Assembly: GCA_904419955.1 (NCBI GenBank)
Contig: CAJFTO010000009.1
Span: 4,298 to 68,297 of the forward strand
Source of the DNA: Candidatus Roslinia caecavium
Lineage (GTDB): Bacteria; Bacillota; Clostridia; Monoglobales; Monoglobaceae
Reading direction: 5' to 3'
Length of the DNA stretch: 64,000 bases
Position 1 is the first letter of the stretch; each line of letters starts with the position of its first letter. The notes below the pieces were generated by a model. The model saw only the letters and a list, made by a program, of their open reading frames with translations. It was not told the origin of the DNA and searched no databases. This document shows positions 59,101-64,000 of this stretch, in pieces. Position numbers and translations under genes: made by a program.

Positions 59101-60497
59101 ATTTATGCGACTTTTGTTTTGAACCTATCAGACCAGGATGCATTTGTACCAACTGCGGTCTTACCCATGAAAATTATAATGCCGAAGCTGGATTGCTAAT
59201 GCCGGGAACTAATCTGTTAGGTAAGTACATTATCGGCCGTGTATTAGGGAGGGGAGGCTTTGGCGCAACGTATTTAGCTTATTCAAGCGAGCGCAATAAA
59301 GTAGTGGCTATTAAGGAATATTATCCTACCGGCATTGCCAATCGAGCAAAAGGCGAGGAAAAAATTTCTATCGTTTCCGCCGAAAAAAGAAAGGTGTTTG
59401 AAAAGGGTGCGAATAGGTTTTTTGAAGAAGCTAAGACTATGTCCAAATTCAATACAAATAAGAATATAGTATCAGTGTATGAATTTTTCTATGCTAACGA
59501 CACCGTATATTATTCGATGGAGTATTTGAAGGGAATCGATCTTAAAGGATATATAAACAAAAAGGGCGGCAGGTTAAGCGAAGCGGAAGCGGTAACGATA
59601 ATGAGAGGCGTTTGCGAAGCTTTGGTAGCGGTACATAGCACCCAAACTCTTCACAGAGATATATCGCCGGATAATATTTTTATTTGTACAAACGGCGATG
59701 TGAAGCTAATTGATTTTGGAGCTGCAAAGCAAGTTATAGGCGATGCGCAGCAAGTGTATTCAGTGGTTGTTAAACAAGGCTTCGCGCCGGCGGAACAGTA
59801 TAAGAGTACCGGAAAACAAGGCGTGTGGACGGATATTTATGCTGTTGGGGCTTCAATGTATTATGCGGTCACAGGTAAAATTCCTCCTGACGCAATGAAT
59901 AGAGTAGAGCATCCAGACATTGTATTTGATCCGGCGTTAAACATTTCGCCTCAGTTTGCCAACATAATAAAAAAATGTTTACAGAGTAAGATTGAGGATC
60001 GTTATCAAAGCGCGATAGAGTTACTTGGGGCGCTGAGCGAATTAAATATTCAGAATGTCGCGATCGGCGGCGCCGAATACGTTCAAAATATATATAACGG
60101 AGTATCTTCAGGTCTGCAGGGAAACGCTGTGAACTTTGGCGGTAATAACGAGTTTGTCGCTCAACCGCAGACGGGGTACAATCCGTATGAGAATAATAAC
60201 AGCCAGTACCCTAATTCGCAGATACAGGCTCAAAATGTTTCATATTACCCGCCGTCCGGATACCCGCAATCCGGATATCCTCAATCTGGATATCCTCAGT
60301 CGCAGCATCAAATCTCGCAGTATGGTGAAAGTAAAGAAAAATCCGGAATAATTAAAGGTCTGATAATTGGCGTATGCGCATTAATAATAATAGCGTTAAT
60401 AATTATTCTTATCGTTAATTTGGTAGGTCCTCAACAGCCTATGCCGCCGCAGCCGCCGATTGGCGGACAGCCTATGCAGCCTATGCCGCCTCAGTAA
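59082..60497 (+). CDS. Hanks-type Ser/Thr kinase with N-terminal zinc ribbon, Q/P/Y-rich linker, one TM helix and a short Pro-rich exterior tail
   Basis: AAGGAGG 9 nt before the ATG; 19-nt overlap with the PP2C gene. CDFCFEPI..CICTNCGL, GRGGFGATY, VAIKEY, HRDISPDNIF, DFGAAK, (SGYPQ)x3, TM, then PQQPMPPQPPIGGQPMQPMPPQ. Confidence 0.85.
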   Translation: MEYKGMNLCDFCFEPIRPGCICTNCGLTHENYNAEAGLLMPGTNLLGKYIIGRVLGRGGFGATYLAYSSERNKVVAIKEYYPTGIANRAKGEEKISIVSAEKRKVFEKGANRFFEEAKTMSKFNTNKNIVSVYEFFYANDTVYYSMEYLKGIDLKGYINKKGGRLSEAEAVTIMRGVCEALVAVHSTQTLHRDISPDNIFICTNGDVKLIDFGAAKQVIGDAQQVYSVVVKQGFAPAEQYKSTGKQGVWTDIYAVGASMYYAVTGKIPPDAMNRVEHPDIVFDPALNISPQFANIIKKCLQSKIEDRYQSAIELLGALSELNIQNVAIGGAEYVQNIYNGVSSGLQGNAVNFGGNNEFVAQPQTGYNPYENNNSQYPNSQIQAQNVSYYPPSGYPQSGYPQSGYPQSQHQISQYGESKEKSGIIKGLIIGVCALIIIALIIILIVNLVGPQQPMPPQPPIGGQPMQPMPPQ

Positions 60498-60535
60498 CGA
60501 GCAAAGCGGGTTTAAATATGGAAGGGGTGATGTGA

Positions 60536-61423
60536 TTGGCGTTTATGAATAATAAGTATACTTCCGGTTCAGAGAAGTCTGATTCTTCAGAAAATAATAA
60601 TTCTGAAAACATCAAGGCTGGGGTCGAATTAAAGCTTACTTCAAACGCTTCAATGTATATAAATACAGGAAATAGTCAAAATCAAGGCGCCAGACCATAT
60701 CAAGAAGACTCATTTGGTTATTCAAATATCATAGACAGCAATGTTGTCTCGAAAAAAGGAGTTTTCGCGATTTTGTCTGATGGAATGGGAGGATTGACCA
60801 ATGGAAAAAACGTGGCGGATTATGTAGTGCAAACGTCTATTGCTATGTTTGATTCAATGAATCCTCAGACCGATATCAGCAAACAATTGGAGAATATAGT
60901 TGGGTACATAAATAGCAGCGTATGCGAACAGTATGGCGCCGATGATGGAAGTAGTAAAGCTGGAGCGACAATGGTTTTGGCGTATATTTTCAAAAATCGT
61001 ATTTACTGGATAACTGTTGGAGATAGTAGATTATACTGCTTCAGAAATGGTAATTTGCTACAAATGAATGAAGATCACGATTATAAGAATCAGTTGTATC
61101 GAGAGTATATAAATGAAGGCGGAAATCTTAAAGACGTCGAGGAAGACGAGCAGAAGGATAGTTTAGTTTGCTTTATTGGGAAAAAAGAGATACCTTATGT
61201 GGATGTAAGCATAAGAGGTTATAAAATTAAACCGTCAGATACATTTATTTTGTGTACAGACGGCATATATAACGGAATATCTGAAGACGCCATGAAAGAT
61301 ATACTATCGAACTGCGACGCGCAAACTGCAAGCGAGGAAATTATATCAAACGTTTTAAGTTCGAGATTTCCGGGACAAGATAATATGACCGTTATGGTTA
61401 TAAAATGTGAGAGAAATAATTAA
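60536..61423 (+). CDS. PP2C-family Ser/Thr phosphatase (2)
   Basis: TTG 60536 (or ATG 60545). Motifs AILSDGMGGLTNG, ITVGDSRLY, ILCTDGIYN and GQDNMTVMVI. Confidence 0.8.
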   Translation: MAFMNNKYTSGSEKSDSSENNNSENIKAGVELKLTSNASMYINTGNSQNQGARPYQEDSFGYSNIIDSNVVSKKGVFAILSDGMGGLTNGKNVADYVVQTSIAMFDSMNPQTDISKQLENIVGYINSSVCEQYGADDGSSKAGATMVLAYIFKNRIYWITVGDSRLYCFRNGNLLQMNEDHDYKNQLYREYINEGGNLKDVEEDEQKDSLVCFIGKKEIPYVDVSIRGYKIKPSDTFILCTDGIYNGISEDAMKDILSNCDAQTASEEIISNVLSSRFPGQDNMTVMVIKCERNN

Positions 61424-61456
61424 ATTATGTTTTAGTCTGAAAGGAAGGTTTTAGTA

Positions 61457-62647
61457 ATGAAAAAAACTAAGAGATTAAAAAGGGCGATAAGCTTAGTAGT
61501 CGTAGCGGTATTGGCGGTGTCGCTAACAATGACGGTTACAGTATCGGCGACCTCTGCGTCTGACGCGAAAAACAGCGTTGTTGCGGTTATCAGTCAGGAC
61601 GGAATGAGTTATGGAACAGGGTTTGCTATTGGGGAAGTTGGAAAGCCGGTTGAATATATTGTTACAAACAATCATGTAGTACAAGGCGATATTGGATACA
61701 CAACGGCAACAGTTGCATTTGATTTAGCTTCTAATGAAATGATGCTTGCAAACGTATATTTTTATGACGCGGCAAAGGATATAGCCGTTTTAAAGTTACC
61801 GCAGGCTACTGACAAAAGACAGGCGATGGTACTTTGTACAATGGAAAATGTCGATCCGGACGACGAGTTTGCAGCTTTAGGTTATCCTGGAAATCAGATA
61901 ACTGATTGGCCTAAGTATAATATTGACGATATTACAATTACAAAGGGCGGTATCAAAAAGGTCGACAGAGTTAACGGACTTGACGTTTATATGTTGGATC
62001 TTATAATTACACATGGTAATTCGGGCGGCCCTCTCGTTAATTCTCAGGGAGAAGTTGTTGGTATTAATACGTTTGGTTTAAATAACGACAACTATGCAAT
62101 AGCTATCGACGAGCTTTTAAAGGTTATTGATACCGATAGGATCCCCGTTACGTTGCATGGAGGTATTAATTGGTTCTTAGTTGCAGGCGGAATAGTAGCG
62201 ATTATAATTATTGCATTAGTCATAATTCTTATCGTTCGCAAAACGGGATACGGCAGAAGCAACGACGTTGGAACTCAACCGGTTCCGCCTCCTGTGAATA
62301 ATGCGACGAAACAACAGACTCCGCCGGTAAATAAGGCGAGCGCAAGAATTATAGCTATTGGAGGAACGCTTAACGGTAAGAGATATTCTGTTTCCGGCAC
62401 GGTGAAAATCGGCAGAGACGCTACAAAATGCGCTATAGCTTTTCCTGTAAACACACAAGGAGTAAGCGCCGTTCATTGTGAAATTTCATTCGATGGAACA
62501 GTGTGCTATGTAAAAGACTTGAATTCGAGTTATGGCACGTTCGCCATCGACGGGAAGAAGCTGGAGCCCAATGTACCTCAAATACTAAAATCGGGCGAAA
62601 AGTTCTATTTGGCAAGTCCTGAAAATACGTTTGAGGTAAGATTTTAG
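61457..62647 (+). CDS. bitopic protein: extracytoplasmic trypsin-like (S1/Trypsin_2) protease, TM helix, cytoplasmic FHA domain
   Basis: Signal/anchor at the N-terminus. Catalytic contexts TNNHVV (His), DIAVLKL (Asp) and HGNSGGPLVN (Ser). TM WFLVAGGIVAIIIIALVIILIV. FHA reads VKIGRDATKCAIAF..VSAVHCEI..CYVKDLNSSYGTF. Confidence 0.8.
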   Translation: MKKTKRLKRAISLVVVAVLAVSLTMTVTVSATSASDAKNSVVAVISQDGMSYGTGFAIGEVGKPVEYIVTNNHVVQGDIGYTTATVAFDLASNEMMLANVYFYDAAKDIAVLKLPQATDKRQAMVLCTMENVDPDDEFAALGYPGNQITDWPKYNIDDITITKGGIKKVDRVNGLDVYMLDLIITHGNSGGPLVNSQGEVVGINTFGLNNDNYAIAIDELLKVIDTDRIPVTLHGGINWFLVAGGIVAIIIIALVIILIVRKTGYGRSNDVGTQPVPPPVNNATKQQTPPVNKASARIIAIGGTLNGKRYSVSGTVKIGRDATKCAIAFPVNTQGVSAVHCEISFDGTVCYVKDLNSSYGTFAIDGKKLEPNVPQILKSGEKFYLASPENTFEVRF

Positions 62648-62668
62648 TTGACGTTTGGAGTGATTTGA

Positions 62669-64000
62669 GTGAATTACAACAATCTTTGTTACAGATGTTT
62701 TTGCGAAAAGCCGATTAAAGAAAAGCCTTGTCCGAAATGTGGATATAAATATAATCCAAGCGCGACGTCTCAAAATTATTTGAGCCCAGGTTCTCTTCTT
62801 CACAATAGGTATATTGTGGGTATAGCGCTGGGCGCAGGCGGTTTTGGAATAACATATAAATGTCTTGATACAAAGATTGGCGGCATATGCGCGATAAAGG
62901 AATATTTTCCGTCGAACTTTGCGTTAAGAACTAACGCGAACAGATCCGTATTGGTAGCGGAACAAAATTTGGAGCGGTACAATAAGATAATGAAGCGTTT
63001 TGTTGAAGAAGCAGAGTTAGTCAAAAAGTTAAATCATAGAAACGTGATCAAAATATATGATAGCTTTTTTGAAAACAATACCGCCTATTATGTTATGGAA
63101 TATTGCGATGGCATTGATTTGCGCAGATATACTAATAATTTTAGTAGAAAGCTGGAATATGAGGAAGGTATGAATTTACTTTATCAGATTATGAACGGCT
63201 TAGAATACATACACGCAAAAGGAATTTTACATCGCGATATTGCTCCGGATAATATTTATGTAACAAAAAACAATTATGTGAAGATTTTAGATTTTGGTTC
63301 TGCAAGAAGCGAGATGGATCAATTTAACAGAGAATTATCGGTTATTGTTAAAGTGGGTTACGCTCCTATTGAACAATACGGCGGACATGGGAAACAGGGC
63401 CCTTACACAGATATTTATGCGCTTGGCGCAACATTTTATCACTTGTTCACTTCAAAAATGCCGATAGAATCAACACAACGGGTCGCTGAAGATAATTTGG
63501 AGGAGTTTTCTCGTCTCCGTCCGGATTTGCCTGACAATTTAAAATATTGTATAGAAAAATCTATGGAATTGACTACTGCGAAGAGAATATCGAGTATAGC
63601 GGAGATGAAAAGCATACTGGAATTGGATAATAAACCTTCGAAAAACAATAAAATAGCGCCGCCCATATTGCCTGAACAAAATAATAAAAAAGATACTGTC
63701 ATAAAAAAACAGGAAAAATATAAAACTGCAAGCATTGGCATGAGGTTGGGCGCTTACATGGTAGACCTATTGTTGTGGAGCGTGATTTATTTTACAATAT
63801 TATTTGGCGTTTTTGAAATAAGCGATACGTCGTTTGAATTGGGCGTGTTATTTCCAGTTATTTTTACGCTTATCAATACAATTTCAGAATTGTTGGCTTC
63901 GACAACGGTTGGAAAAGCAATGATGAAAATGTATATTCGAGGTAAATCAAGCGTCGACGTACTTCCAAGTCAGATACTATTGAGAAATATTATTAAGCTT
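62669..64000 (+). CDS. Hanks-type Ser/Thr kinase with N-terminal zinc ribbon and C-terminal RDD-like membrane domain (3' partial, runs off the window)
   Basis: Not in the ORF track because no stop falls in the window. GTG 62669 has GGAG 8 nt upstream, and the frame stays open for 444 codons to base 64000. CYRCFCEKPI..CPKCGYKY, GAGGFGITY, CAIKEY, HRDIAPDNIY, DFGSAR, then hydrophobic RLGAYMVDLLLWSVIYF.. Confidence 0.8.
   Translation, partial: MNYNNLCYRCFCEKPIKEKPCPKCGYKYNPSATSQNYLSPGSLLHNRYIVGIALGAGGFGITYKCLDTKIGGICAIKEYFPSNFALRTNANRSVLVAEQNLERYNKIMKRFVEEAELVKKLNHRNVIKIYDSFFENNTAYYVMEYCDGIDLRRYTNNFSRKLEYEEGMNLLYQIMNGLEYIHAKGILHRDIAPDNIYVTKNNYVKILDFGSARSEMDQFNRELSVIVKVGYAPIEQYGGHGKQGPYTDIYALGATFYHLFTSKMPIESTQRVAEDNLEEFSRLRPDLPDNLKYCIEKSMELTTAKRISSIAEMKSILELDNKPSKNNKIAPPILPEQNNKKDTVIKKQEKYKTASIGMRLGAYMVDLLLWSVIYFTILFGVFEISDTSFELGVLFPVIFTLINTISELLASTTVGKAMMKMYIRGKSSVDVLPSQILLRNIIKL

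Noticed and set aside
45660-64000. Whether the AT-rich block is a prophage or an ICE.
   Set aside because: No capsid, tail, terminase, relaxase, T4SS or replication genes are visible in the window. Only one recombinase is present, and it is better explained by the adjacent inverted repeats.
52176-64000. Whether the kinase/PP2C/FHA operon is a canonical vWA-containing conflict (ternary-type) system.
   Set aside because: I could not find a vWA/MIDAS (DxSxS) domain or a STAND/AAA+ NTPase in any of the eleven proteins in the window. The operon continues beyond the window, so this stays open.

Overview
This 64-kb window looks like a Clostridia-type Firmicute chromosome. That is an inference from the SLH-domain proteins, CIRCE-groESL and radA-carD-ispDF synteny. 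Bases 1-45,660 are roughly half G+C by eye and carry ordinary housekeeping and carbohydrate genes. These are a PAS-GGDEF cyclase (5' partial), metA, a polysaccharide deacetylase, an S8 protease with a pentapeptide-repeat tail, and a GH36 alpha-galactosidase divergent from galT-galK. Next come two giant secreted glycosidases (1372 and 2051 aa; the GH3 one ends in a rhodanese domain) with an AraC regulator, then citrate synthase, a Crp/Fnr-thioredoxin-CoADR/rhodanese operon and a CNNM/CorC transporter. The rest of this part holds a GT2 synthase abutting glmS, radA, carD, a GNAT, ispD-ispF, groES-groEL, an SLH-anchored M13 peptidase, purC-purF and guaA. Directly after guaA the sequence turns strongly AT-rich through to the window end, and four things sit there. 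(i) A tightly packed four-gene cassette: DpnI-like methyl-directed endonuclease, DpnD-like protein, an amino-methyltransferase lacking a normal start codon, and a DUF1883-TIR protein. (ii) A remnant of an Mrr endonuclease with host-like GC. (iii) A tyrosine recombinase followed 3 nt later by a perfect 30-bp inverted-repeat pair bracketing 240 bp, a candidate invertible promoter. (iv) A one-strand operon of at least 11 genes that runs off the window: VTC, DUF4956, CotH kinase, two zinc-ribbon proteins, an SLH protein, PP2C, a zinc-ribbon Ser/Thr kinase, PP2C, a trypsin-like protease-TM-FHA protein, and a zinc-ribbon kinase-RDD protein. No rRNA, tRNA or CRISPR array was seen. All family calls come from motif recognition by eye; no database search or folding program was available.
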